NCBI GenBank assembly: GCA_015064725.1
Contig: SVRQ01000009.1
Location: 1,897-65,896 of the forward strand
Source: Oscillospiraceae bacterium
Lineage (GTDB): Bacteria > Bacillota > Clostridia > Oscillospirales > CAG-272
DNA: 64,000 nucleotides
Reading direction: 5' to 3'
Part shown: in pieces, positions 36,103-44,911 of the stretch
Position numbering within the stretch: position 1 is the first letter of the stretch
How the letters are laid out: each line of letters begins with the position of its first letter
Program-made: the position numbers and the translations under genes
The notes under the pieces: generated by a model
Told to the model about the DNA's origin: nothing
The model's input: the letters and a program-made list of their open reading frames with translations, nothing else
The model's database searches: none

Positions 36103-37824
36103 ATGAAGGTCAGCAAACTCCTCGGAGAACGCTTTAAAGAAGCTCCGAAAGATTGTTCCATCGCAAGCCACGCTCTTATGATGCGCGGCGGATATATGAA
36201 ATACCTCAGCAACGGAAGTTATTCTCTCTTTATGCCAGCAAAACGCATTACAAGAAAGATAGAGAATATTATCCGTGAGGAAATGGACAGGATCGACGGT
36301 CAGGAAGTCCTTATGCCCGTTGTTATGCCCTCCACGATCTGGGAAGAATCCGGCAGATATACAAGCATCGGCAGTGAAATGGCTCGCTTCAAGGACAGAA
36401 GCGGCAACAATATGGTCCTCGGTATGACACACGAGGAAGCCGCTGTTCACCTTGCGCGTGATACTGCAAAATCCTATGCGGATTTCCCCTTTATGATCTA
36501 TCAGATCCAGACGAAATTCCGCGATGAGCCCCGTTGCCGCGGCGGTCTTATCCGTGTTCGTGAATTTACAATGAAGGACGCTTACTCTTTCCACACATCC
36601 CAGGAGGATCTTGAGCAGTATTACGATCTCTGCTACAAGGCATACGAAAGAATTTTCGCCCGTGCAGGCGCGAAAAATGTTATCGGTGTTAAATCCGACT
36701 CCGGTATGATGGGCGGCAAGATCTCCCACGAGTTTATGCTCCTTACGGAGATCGGTGAAGATACCCTTGCTATCTGCCCCGAATGCGGCTACAAGGCAAA
36801 TATGGAAGCCGCAGAATGCGTTGTTGAAAACGCACAGGAAGAGCTTGCTCCTCTTACAAAGGTTCACACACCGAATGCTAAAACTATTGATGCCCTTGCA
36901 AAATTCCTTTCTATCGATGATAAAAAGCTTTGCAAAGCTGTTGTTTACCAGAAGAACAAGGACGACGCTTACGTTGTGGTATTTGTTCGCGGCGACCTTG
37001 AAGTAAATGAAACAAAGCTTCGCAACTACCTCAAGGAAGAGATACACCCTGCATTCATCACGCTTGAAAGCGGTATCGTTGAAGGCTTTATCGGACCTAT
37101 GGGTCTTCCCAAGGGTACAACAGTTGTATTTGACTCCTCCACAAAGGGTCTTACAAATACTGTTTGCGGTGCTAACGAAGTCGATTACCACTATTCCGGC
37201 TTCAATATCGAGCGCGACTACGGCAAGGTTGACTACGTTGACGTTGCGAAGATATACGAAGGTGCTATCTGCCCCGTATGCGGCAAGCCTATCATTACTA
37301 TCAGCCGCGGTATCGAAGTGGGCAACATCTTCCAGCTCGGTACAAAATACACAGAATCTATGGATATGACTTATCTTGACGCAGACGGTGTTGCAAAGCA
37401 TCCCATTATGGGTTGCTACGGCATCGGCGTGGGCAGACTTGCCGCTTCCATTTGCCAGGAAAGCCACGATAAGTTCGGTCCTATCTGGCCTATGTCCATC
37501 GCTCCTTGGCAGGTTGAAGTTTGCAACCTTCGCCGCGATGACGAAAAGGTCAATGCAACAGCGGATAAGCTTTATGACGAGCTTACAAAAGCAGGTGTGG
37601 AAGTTCTCTATGATGACAGAGATATTCGCCCCGGCGCAATGTTTGCGGATGCAGACCTTCTCGGTATTCCCGTTCGCGTTGTTGTAAGCCCCAAGACTTG
37701 CGACAAGAACGTTGTAGAAGTTTCTATGCGTGACAAGAGCTTTAAAGCTGACATCGCTATCGATACAGCTGTTGAAGAGATCGTTAAGATCGTTCGCCAA
37801 GAGCTTGCAAAATACGATATGTAA
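36103..37824 (+). CDS. proS: proline--tRNA ligase (bacterial type with INS editing domain)
   Basis: Class II aaRS motifs (FRDEPRCRGGLIRVREFTMKDAYSF; GCYGIGVGRL). Inserted editing domain and a C-terminal anticodon-binding domain. 573 aa. Confidence 0.95.
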   Translation: MKVSKLLGERFKEAPKDCSIASHALMMRGGYMKYLSNGSYSLFMPAKRITRKIENIIREEMDRIDGQEVLMPVVMPSTIWEESGRYTSIGSEMARFKDRSGNNMVLGMTHEEAAVHLARDTAKSYADFPFMIYQIQTKFRDEPRCRGGLIRVREFTMKDAYSFHTSQEDLEQYYDLCYKAYERIFARAGAKNVIGVKSDSGMMGGKISHEFMLLTEIGEDTLAICPECGYKANMEAAECVVENAQEELAPLTKVHTPNAKTIDALAKFLSIDDKKLCKAVVYQKNKDDAYVVVFVRGDLEVNETKLRNYLKEEIHPAFITLESGIVEGFIGPMGLPKGTTVVFDSSTKGLTNTVCGANEVDYHYSGFNIERDYGKVDYVDVAKIYEGAICPVCGKPIITISRGIEVGNIFQLGTKYTESMDMTYLDADGVAKHPIMGCYGIGVGRLAASICQESHDKFGPIWPMSIAPWQVEVCNLRRDDEKVNATADKLYDELTKAGVEVLYDDRDIRPGAMFADADLLGIPVRVVVSPKTCDKNVVEVSMRDKSFKADIAIDTAVEEIVKIVRQELAKYDM

Positions 37825-37870
37825 AAAAAGAGGACAGAGAACCTTAAAATTCTCTGTCCTTTTCTTTTTG
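37824..37870. terminator. bidirectional terminator between proS and the convergent GH31 gene
   Basis: AGGACAGAGAA (37831-37841) pairs with TTCTCTGTCCT (37850-37860). It is flanked by an A-run and TTTCTTTTT. Confidence 0.8.
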
Positions 37871-37927
37871 TGTTTGTTTTTTCGTTCTGCTTTATCGCAG
37901 ACACCCGTTGTACAGGGTTGTTTTATT

Positions 37928-40297
37928 TTACCAAGCTTCGGTAAGGAGTATTTTTTCGTTTGCGGTAAGGACCTCGTCCGTCAAGATTTCGCGCATAAGC
38001 TCTTTATCGTCCAAATTACGTTTTTTCCAAAGGCTGCCCTTATAAACGTTGCCTATCTCTGCGTAAGTGAGAGCTTTGAGGAAACGATCGTTTCTGTATT
38101 CGCGCTCATTTTCCTCGAACTCAACTTCAACGGTGTATTCGACAGAGGGAAGCACCTCTGCAAGTGTTACCGAGAGATGTTCGTCCTCGTAAACGTCTGT
38201 CGAGATCTTTTCGCCGTCCGCGAAAACGCATACCTTGCCGTTTTTGATATTTTTCATCTCCAGAGTGATTTTGCGCGTCACAGCGCCTTCGGAAGCTTTT
38301 ATGCGTGTTATCTGCTTGCCGTTTGCTGCCTCGGCACAGAAGCTCGTATTTGCGCCGTCTTCGCGAAGGGTATATTCGCCGTTTCCGTTAAACGCCATAA
38401 CCTTGAGCGCATTGGGAACGTCAATGCTGTTTGTATGCTTGCGTGCATCAAGCACGAAGAAGCCGCCTTCCTTGGCAAGAACGGGAATGGTGTCTATAAA
38501 ACGAACCATATCCACCCATCTGCCGCCGCGATAGGTGCTTCCCGTGAAAATGTCCGTCCATTTTCCCTCGGGGAGCCATACTCGTGTGCGCGCCATACCC
38601 TTGCTGTCGCCTTTTGTTACTACGGGGGCGACGATAAGCTCCGAGCCGAACGTGTATTGCTCAGGGCAGTTGTATGCCGCTTCTTCGTTCGGGTAGGAGT
38701 AGTACATAGGCTCTATGAGCGCTTTGCCGATTTCGTTCGTATCCAGCATAGCTGAGTAGAGGTAGGGTATCATCTTGTGGCGCAGGCGCAAGAATTCTTC
38801 CGCTATATAACCTGTGCCGTTTTTATATGCAAATGGCTCCTTGGTGCAGTAATCGTAGGAGGTGGAATGGAGTCTGTTAACGGGACTGAAAACGCCGAAC
38901 TGAACGGAGCGAACGTAAAGCTCGTTATCCTTTTTTCCGCCCTGGTGTCCGCCTATGTCGTGGCTCCACCAGGTAAAGCCGATGTTGGAGGCGTTCGCTG
39001 TGAAGTAGGGAAGATATTTAAGCGTTTCCCAAGTGATGTGCGTATCTCCTGAGAAGCCGAGAGGGTAGCGGTGTGCGCCAAGACCGGAGTAACGGGAGAG
39101 AATGAGAGGAGTATGCTCCTTCGCGTTGTCAAGCGTATGATAGTGGTTGAGCACCCACATAATGTCGATACCCGCCGCTTTTGCGCGCGGTCCCTGCTGC
39201 CAATCTATCCACCAGAAGTCAACACCGTCGTGCTCATGGGGCTTATGGAGTATCTTGAAGTATGCGTTTATCCACTTATCGGAGGAAAAATCCAGGTCCA
39301 CCTTGCGCTCCGTTTTGGGGTCGATGCCCATTTCGCGCGCCATCTCCTCATACATATCCTCGAAGAAGCGTACGCCCGTTGCGGGGTGCAGGTTGAGCGT
39401 AACGGCACAGCCGCGCTCGTGAACCTTTTTAAGAAAATCCTTGTGATCGGGGAAAAGCTCCGTATTCCAGCTATAACCCGTCCAACCGGAAGACCCGCCG
39501 TAAAAATCGCCGCTTCTTTTTTCAAGGGGCATTTTGTCTTCTATGCCGGGTTTTTTGTGAATGTTGCCCGTGTTCCAGTGCCAGTCCATATCGACCGTTG
39601 CCACGGTGATGGGAATATCGCGTTCTTCCATCTTGTCAAGAACAGCGAGATATTCTTTATCTGTATATTCGTAATATCTGCTCCACCAGTTGCCAAGGGC
39701 ATAGCGGGGGAGCTTGGGCGTTGAACCGCATATTGTGTAGAATGCGCGAACGGCGGCACGGTAATCCTTACCATATGCGAATACGTATATATCAAGCTCA
39801 TCGCGGCGCTCTTTACGTATCATACCGTTGTTTTGAAGCACGGAGGAGCTTGTGTAATCGAGAACGGCAACGCCGTTTTTGGAAACCACACCCATATCAA
39901 GCTGTATAGGCTCTCGCTTCTCACCGTTTACAAGGTATTCTCCGTCGCAGCAATCGAGCGTGGAGTACGTGCCGCGCAAATTTTCTTTGTTATCAAGAGC
40001 TATCTTTTTGCCATTCAAAATAACGTGGCTTTTTTTCATATCCTCGCAGAGGACGAGAACGGCTTTTGCGGTTTTTACAAAAAGAGAATCCTCCGTTTCC
40101 TCTGTTTCAAATGATACGGGCGGCATATCGCGGAACCATACGGCTTCCGTCGCTTCATCGCAGAATATCCTTCCCGCGTCCTTTTCGATACGGAAAAGGC
40201 GTTCTTCAAGAACAGTTACGCGAAAATCTTTGAAAAAAATTATGTTTTCGCTGTTAGCAAGCGGACGAGTTTTTGCAATGAGATGTTTATCTAACAT
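37928..40297 (-). CDS. glycoside hydrolase family 31 protein (alpha-glucosidase/alpha-xylosidase-like)
   Basis: Start moved to ATG 40297 (AAGGAGC RBS). 789 aa and no signal peptide. TIM-barrel block GVDFWWIDWQQG resembles the GH31 nucleophile motif (WxDxxE-like). N- and C-terminal beta-sandwich regions are typical of GH31. Family assigned from memory. Confidence 0.7.
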   Translation of the reverse strand: MLDKHLIAKTRPLANSENIIFFKDFRVTVLEERLFRIEKDAGRIFCDEATEAVWFRDMPPVSFETEETEDSLFVKTAKAVLVLCEDMKKSHVILNGKKIALDNKENLRGTYSTLDCCDGEYLVNGEKREPIQLDMGVVSKNGVAVLDYTSSSVLQNNGMIRKERRDELDIYVFAYGKDYRAAVRAFYTICGSTPKLPRYALGNWWSRYYEYTDKEYLAVLDKMEERDIPITVATVDMDWHWNTGNIHKKPGIEDKMPLEKRSGDFYGGSSGWTGYSWNTELFPDHKDFLKKVHERGCAVTLNLHPATGVRFFEDMYEEMAREMGIDPKTERKVDLDFSSDKWINAYFKILHKPHEHDGVDFWWIDWQQGPRAKAAGIDIMWVLNHYHTLDNAKEHTPLILSRYSGLGAHRYPLGFSGDTHITWETLKYLPYFTANASNIGFTWWSHDIGGHQGGKKDNELYVRSVQFGVFSPVNRLHSTSYDYCTKEPFAYKNGTGYIAEEFLRLRHKMIPYLYSAMLDTNEIGKALIEPMYYSYPNEEAAYNCPEQYTFGSELIVAPVVTKGDSKGMARTRVWLPEGKWTDIFTGSTYRGGRWVDMVRFIDTIPVLAKEGGFFVLDARKHTNSIDVPNALKVMAFNGNGEYTLREDGANTSFCAEAANGKQITRIKASEGAVTRKITLEMKNIKNGKVCVFADGEKISTDVYEDEHLSVTLAEVLPSVEYTVEVEFEENEREYRNDRFLKALTYAEIGNVYKGSLWKKRNLDDKELMREILTDEVLTANEKILLTEAW

Positions 40298-40483
40298 AGG
40301 TAAGCTCCTTTTTAGAGTGGTTGTTGAGTTTATTCTACCATTTTTTTCTTTAAAATCAACATCAAAACCTAAAAAAAGCAAATTTCATTTAAAGTTTACA
40401 AAAACCCTTATTGATTTTTGTGGGATAACATATTATAATATATACGATAACGATATGAAATTACCGAAAGGAGATGATGTTTC

Positions 40484-41380
40484 GTGGCAGAAGATTTTAA
40501 CGACTATGGCAGTTACCGCAGATACCTCGAAGATGAAGAATTTAAGTCAAGACCCTTGATACGTAAAATATTCAGCTTCCGTGCGCTCAAGTTTGCTTTG
40601 AAATGGTTTGGTTATCTTTTGATAATATCCGTTTTCGTAATATTGTTTTGGAGAATGTTTTCTTCCCAAAATCCCAAGCAGACGTCGGAGCTTATCTGGA
40701 CAAAAAATTCATATGAGGCGTACCAATCGCTTGGAGAAGACTTTTTGATATATACGCAGGACGTTGGCAAGACGTTCGATAAGGACGGTAAATTCTCTAT
40801 ATATGAGCTGCGCTATCTTCCCGCAACGGATGAATTGCAGTTTACCATAAGGTACAATAAGAGCACGCTGGGACAGCTTGCGGACCACCTTACAAAGGAG
40901 GCGCAGGAAGAGCTTGGTGATGCGTTTACAAGCGCGGATATAGTTAATGAAGAGAGCTTGCCGCAGTATCCTTTTGTTTTCGCCCTGCGCGACAATAAGG
41001 GAAATATATACACGGAAAGCGAATATAATACCTTTACCAAGGGAAGATATAATTACATCCGCATAGCTTTTTCCGGGGTGGATCTTTTTGACGTTGAAAA
41101 AACAACTCCTTCCTCCTATTTCCCTGCGCCGGACGCGGAAAACTCTTCTTATATATACAAGGGTCGATTTGAGCCTGTATATATTTCGGATTCCATCGAC
41201 TATATCTACCTCGATTCCTATTATATCGAGGATGACGTGAGGGAAAGATCCTTCTCCGACCAGATAGTGGTTTACCGTTCCGACAGAAGAACGGAGCTTT
41301 ACGATTACACAAAGGAACGCCCCAAGGCGTTTACAGCGGATCTTTCCGCGGCTTCTTCCAAACTTTCAAAGGAAGAATAA
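40484..41380 (+). CDS. single-pass membrane protein of unknown function
   Basis: GTG start 10 nt after AAAGGAG. One TM helix (WFGYLLIISVFVILFW) followed by a roughly 240-aa extracytoplasmic domain. No recognisable motif. Confidence 0.55.
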   Translation: MAEDFNDYGSYRRYLEDEEFKSRPLIRKIFSFRALKFALKWFGYLLIISVFVILFWRMFSSQNPKQTSELIWTKNSYEAYQSLGEDFLIYTQDVGKTFDKDGKFSIYELRYLPATDELQFTIRYNKSTLGQLADHLTKEAQEELGDAFTSADIVNEESLPQYPFVFALRDNKGNIYTESEYNTFTKGRYNYIRIAFSGVDLFDVEKTTPSSYFPAPDAENSSYIYKGRFEPVYISDSIDYIYLDSYYIEDDVRERSFSDQIVVYRSDRRTELYDYTKERPKAFTADLSAASSKLSKEE

Positions 41381-41394
41381 CAAAGTTAAATAAG

Positions 41395-41764
41395 ATTGAC
41401 CGGGCGGAACGATCGCGTAATATGTTGCCGAAAGGTATTATTATGAGGAAAGTCCGGGCTTCATAGGGCAGGATAACGGATAACGTCCGCCGAAGGTGAC
41501 TTCCGGGAAAGTGCAACAGAAATAAACCGCCGTCCTCGGACGGTAAGGATGGAAAGGCGAGGTAAGAGCTCACCGACCCTCAGGTAACTGGGGGTGCAAT
41601 GTAAACCCTATCCGAAGCAACGCCCCGCGCTTATACGGTCTGCCCGACCAAAGCGAAAGCTTGGCGTGCGGCGGCAACCTGCAAAAACAGGTAAGGTGTG
41701 TGGCAACACACATCGCAGATAGATGATCGTTCTCGACAGAACCCGGCTTACACGCCCGGTCAAT
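41395..41764 (+). ncRNA. rnpB: RNase P RNA
   Basis: Universal GAGGAAAGTCCGGGC box at 41444-41458 and ACAGAACCCGGCTTA near the 3' end. A perfect 12-bp P1 stem forms between ATTGACCGGGCG (41395-41406) and CGCCCGGTCAAT (41753-41764). Confidence 0.93.
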
Positions 41765-41786
41765 ATTGTTTATTCCAAAAAAATTA

Positions 41787-41843
41787 AACAGCAGCCTTGC
41801 GGTACTCGGATAAGAGTATCACGCAGGCTGCTGTTTTCTTTTT
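41787..41843. terminator. stem-loop terminator between rnpB and the convergent ygjV-like gene
   Basis: AAACAGCAGCCTTGCG (41787-41802) pairs with CGCAGGCTGCTGTTT (41822-41836) with one bulged T in the left arm, followed by TTTTCTTTTT. Confidence 0.7.
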
Positions 41844-42387
41844 AACCTTTGTCATATCCCGTTTTGCGGAAGCGTATGAACGAAACTATAACGGAGAGCA
41901 TATTGAACACCTCGCAAAGTATGCCGCCAACGGAAAAATAATATACATTGTTTACTATCCAAAGCGGAGAGATAAGGAAGAGCTGCGCACGGCGTATGAT
42001 TTTGCCGTCGCGTGTCCACATTGCAAGCGTACCGCCCGCCTGCGCTATGAAGAGGAGGAGGGCTATCCAAATGACCTCGTCGAAAATAAATACGGAGATG
42101 AGCGAGGATGCTGCGAAGCAGACTTCCATTATCAGAAGATAGACTATCTTTTTGCATCTTTCTCCAAGAGCGAAGATGATGCCGCGCAAAACGCTGAATA
42201 TATTCAAGAGCATTCCCGCAAAAGAGCCCAATAGGGCAAATTGCAGGGTGAAAGCTATACCGCACCCCATTTGAAAAAGGAAATAGCTGCGGTTTTTCTT
42301 GCATTGATACGATATGAGCGCGCAGAGCATACCTGCGTACCCGATAAGCTGTATGGGAGAAAAAGTTTTTGCCAAAAATTCTATCAT
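41842..42387 (-). CDS. YgjV-family inner membrane protein
   Basis: Start moved to ATG 42387. 181 aa with about 5 TM helices. Size and pattern resemble the Imp-YgjV family. Preferred over the antisense ORF 41797..42234. Confidence 0.6.
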   Translation of the reverse strand: MIEFLAKTFSPIQLIGYAGMLCALISYQCKKNRSYFLFQMGCGIAFTLQFALLGSFAGMLLNIFSVLRGIIFALGERCKKIVYLLIMEVCFAASSLISVFIFDEVIWIALLLFIAQAGGTLAMWTRDGKIIRRAQLFLISPLWIVNNVYYFSVGGILCEVFNMLSVIVSFIRFRKTGYDKG

Positions 42388-42435
42388 AAAATATAACCCT
42401 CTTTGATGATTTTTTATACCATATGGTATTGCTCT

Positions 42436-42550
42436 GAGCGGGCGAACGCAGTTCGCCCCTACGCACATAATTGAGCTTTTAGCAAATATCAATATTATAT
42501 TTGCCGAAATTAAAGCTTTTGCTCGTAGGGGAGAACTGTGTTCTCCCGCC
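42436..42550. repeat. pair of inverted module-B hairpins
   Basis: GAGCGGGCGAACGCAGTTCGCCCCTACGC (42436-42464, inverted) and CTCGTAGGGGAGAACTGTGTTCTCCCGCC (42522-42550). Confidence 0.8.
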
Positions 42551-42718
42551 TTTTTATTGCCTGAAAAATTGCGTAAAATCAGACCTCGCCGTTTGGCTTT
42601 TTATACAGATGAAAAGCATCAATAGGCGAGCGTTTGGAGGCGGGCATTGCCCGCTTTTTTACGAACACAATTAAGGCGTATTATATCACCAAAGAGGGTT
42701 AAAATCAATATTTATGAA

Positions 42719-43450
42719 TTAAAATTTCAAAAATTTAGCTTCTATCGTAACGGAAACGGATTCGGGGTTGTAGGGGGAATTATGATTTGGCCCATAACCG
42801 TAGCCAAAGGAGATGCTTCCCGTGTATTTGCAAGCGCCGTCCTCATAATTTTCATAGAGCTTTATGCCCGTCACGTGCGTCTGCGTTGTAAGCTTTATGT
42901 CGGCGCTTTCTTCCTCGCCAATAGTAACGTAATCGCCTGCGGCAAAGGAAAGCGTGAAGGTGATGCTCTCGCCCGTATCAAGGCTCCAGCTCTGGAGCAT
43001 AGCGGGGCAGACGCCGATGTCCATATTGCGAAGGAGATTGCCCTGTGCATCTGTGAGGGCGACGCCTATTTCGTGGTTATGTCCTTTTCCGTGGCAGTAA
43101 TAGGGAATGGTCTGATATATGGTGCTTTCCGAATTGTTCGTTATCTTGACTTCGGCGCGCATAACGCCGTCCGTAAAGTAAAAGTTTTCGTGGAGGCTTT
43201 CGCTTGTATAGCCGATAAGAGCTATCTCCATAGAAACGCCGTCGGAATTTTGATGCACTGTTGTGGCGCGCATGGGTGCTTGATCCGCAGGGTAGGAGGG
43301 AACTTCGTTTAAAATGACCGTCGTTGCGCTCGTGCTTTCAAACGTGGGCGTTGTTACGGTGCTTGCTGTGGTGCTTTCCTCCACCGTCGCGCAAGCGGCG
43401 AAGATGAGCGAGGTCAGCGCGAGAAGTATTGCGAATATTTTATTTTTCAT
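42719..43450 (-). CDS. lipoprotein of unknown function
   Basis: Lipobox LTSLIFAACATV followed by a Thr/Ser-rich linker. 243 aa. Confidence 0.6.
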   Translation of the reverse strand: MKNKIFAILLALTSLIFAACATVEESTTASTVTTPTFESTSATTVILNEVPSYPADQAPMRATTVHQNSDGVSMEIALIGYTSESLHENFYFTDGVMRAEVKITNNSESTIYQTIPYYCHGKGHNHEIGVALTDAQGNLLRNMDIGVCPAMLQSWSLDTGESITFTLSFAAGDYVTIGEEESADIKLTTQTHVTGIKLYENYEDGACKYTGSISFGYGYGPNHNSPYNPESVSVTIEAKFLKF

Positions 43451-43588
43451 ATTATGTACCTCCGATGTGTGTGATTATAACGAGAAAGACCTCCGCCTCT
43501 CTGTTTTTTAGTCGCAGAAAGGGGAGGTTTTTCTCATTTTCTTTCAAAAAATTTATAAAAGGAGTTTAATAGTTTGCTGTTTTTTGAA

Positions 43589-43730
43589 CCTCTTTCGTCA
43601 CAATTTCATTGTGACACCTTCCCCAAAGGGGAAGGCGCATAGAACAACATTAAATTTTCATAAAACCTCTTTCGCTGTGGCAGGCCTTCCCCTTTGGGGA
43701 AGGTGTCAACCGCAGGTTGACGGAAGAGGT
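43589..43730. repeat. two module-A hairpin repeats in inverted orientation
   Basis: 43589-43637 is the reverse complement of module A. 43684-43730 is the forward copy, with GTCAACCGCAGGTTGAC as a variant second hairpin. Confidence 0.85.
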
Positions 43731-43731
43731 A

Positions 43732-44907
43732 TTAAAGCGCTTTGAGCGTTTCCATTACGTAGTTGCCGAACTCTTCGCAGGTAGCACCTGTATCTCTGCC
43801 CGTGATGGTGATCTTCTTTTCTTCAAAGCAGCAGATGTCAAGCGCTTTTGCAAGCTTGTCTGCTTTTTCCTGCAAGCCGATGTGGGAAAGGAGCATTACG
43901 CAGCCGCGGAGCATAGAGCAGGGGTCTGCATACTGTGCTCTGCCTTCCTTGACCATTCTGGGCGCGGAGCCGTGGATGGCTTCGAACATAGCGTATTTTT
44001 TGCCGATGTTGGCACAGCCCGCCGTGCCTACACCGCCCTGGAATTCTGCGGCTTCGTCGGAGATGATATCGCCGTAGAGGTTGGGAGCAACGAGTACCTT
44101 GAAATCTCTGCGTCTTTTGGGGTCAACGAGCTTCGCCGTGATGATGTCCGCGTACCATTCGTCCGTTGTGATCTCGGGGTATTCTTCTGCAACCTTGTGG
44201 CAATCTTCAAGGAAGTTGCCGTCCGTTGTCTTGATGACGTTTGCTTTGGAGATAAGGGAAACTCTGCCGTAGCCGTTCTTTCTTGCGTAATCGTAAGCAA
44301 GACGAGCTATTCTGTCCGAGCCCTGCTTCGTTGTGATAACGAAGTCAACGGCGAGGTCATCCGTTACGTTGAAGCCTTCTTTACCTACCGCGTATCCGCC
44401 CTCCGTGTTTTCACGGAAGATCGTCCAGTCGATGCCCTCTGCGGGCACCTTAACGGGGCGGATGTTTGCAAAGAGGTCGAGTGCTTTTCTCATAGCGACG
44501 TTTGCGCTTTCGATGTTGGGCATACCGTCGCCCTTCTGGGGAGTCGTTGTCGGTCCTTTAAGGATGATCTCGCAGGATTTAAGCTGTGCCATAACGTCAT
44601 CGGGGATAGCTTTGCCGCAGGCGATTCTGTTTTCGATGGTAAGACCGTCGATGTTTACGAATTCCACCTTGCCCGCTTCAACCATATCAGCAAGCATAAA
44701 TTCAAGCACACGTCTTGCTTCCGCCGTGATAGTGGGGCCGATGCCGTCACCGCCGCATACGCCGATGCGGATCTTTTCGAGGGCGTTGTAATCTACAAAA
44801 TCGCCCTGAGATTTCATATCTTCGATTCTTACAAGCTGTTTTTCAAGAATTTTTCTGAATTTTTCGCAAGCCGCATCGAGCTGTGCGTTTACGTTTACGT
44901 CTGCCAT
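43732..44907 (-). CDS. isocitrate dehydrogenase (isocitrate/isopropylmalate dehydrogenase family)
   Basis: Family signature NLYGDIISDEAA. GGDGIGP nucleotide-binding N-terminus. The operon context (aconitase, citrate synthase) favours isocitrate. 391 aa. Confidence 0.8.
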   Translation of the reverse strand: MADVNVNAQLDAACEKFRKILEKQLVRIEDMKSQGDFVDYNALEKIRIGVCGGDGIGPTITAEARRVLEFMLADMVEAGKVEFVNIDGLTIENRIACGKAIPDDVMAQLKSCEIILKGPTTTPQKGDGMPNIESANVAMRKALDLFANIRPVKVPAEGIDWTIFRENTEGGYAVGKEGFNVTDDLAVDFVITTKQGSDRIARLAYDYARKNGYGRVSLISKANVIKTTDGNFLEDCHKVAEEYPEITTDEWYADIITAKLVDPKRRRDFKVLVAPNLYGDIISDEAAEFQGGVGTAGCANIGKKYAMFEAIHGSAPRMVKEGRAQYADPCSMLRGCVMLLSHIGLQEKADKLAKALDICCFEEKKITITGRDTGATCEEFGNYVMETLKAL

Positions 44908-44911
44908 TGTG

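Noticed and set aside
36079-37800. 573-aa minus-strand ORF mirroring proS
   Set aside because: It is exactly antisense to an unmistakable prolyl-tRNA synthetase. The product is Cys/Phe/Asn/Val-rich with no recognisable motif. This is a typical shadow ORF caused by codon bias.
37730-40559. Plus-strand ORFs 37730..38755, 39071..39724 and 39879..40559 opposite the GH31 gene
   Set aside because: These are shadow ORFs of a continuous 789-aa glycosidase gene on the minus strand.
41797-42234. 145-aa plus-strand ORF overlapping the ygjV-like gene
   Set aside because: The opposite strand encodes a coherent multi-TM protein with an RBS. The plus-strand ORF starts inside the rnpB-side terminator hairpin and has no RBS.
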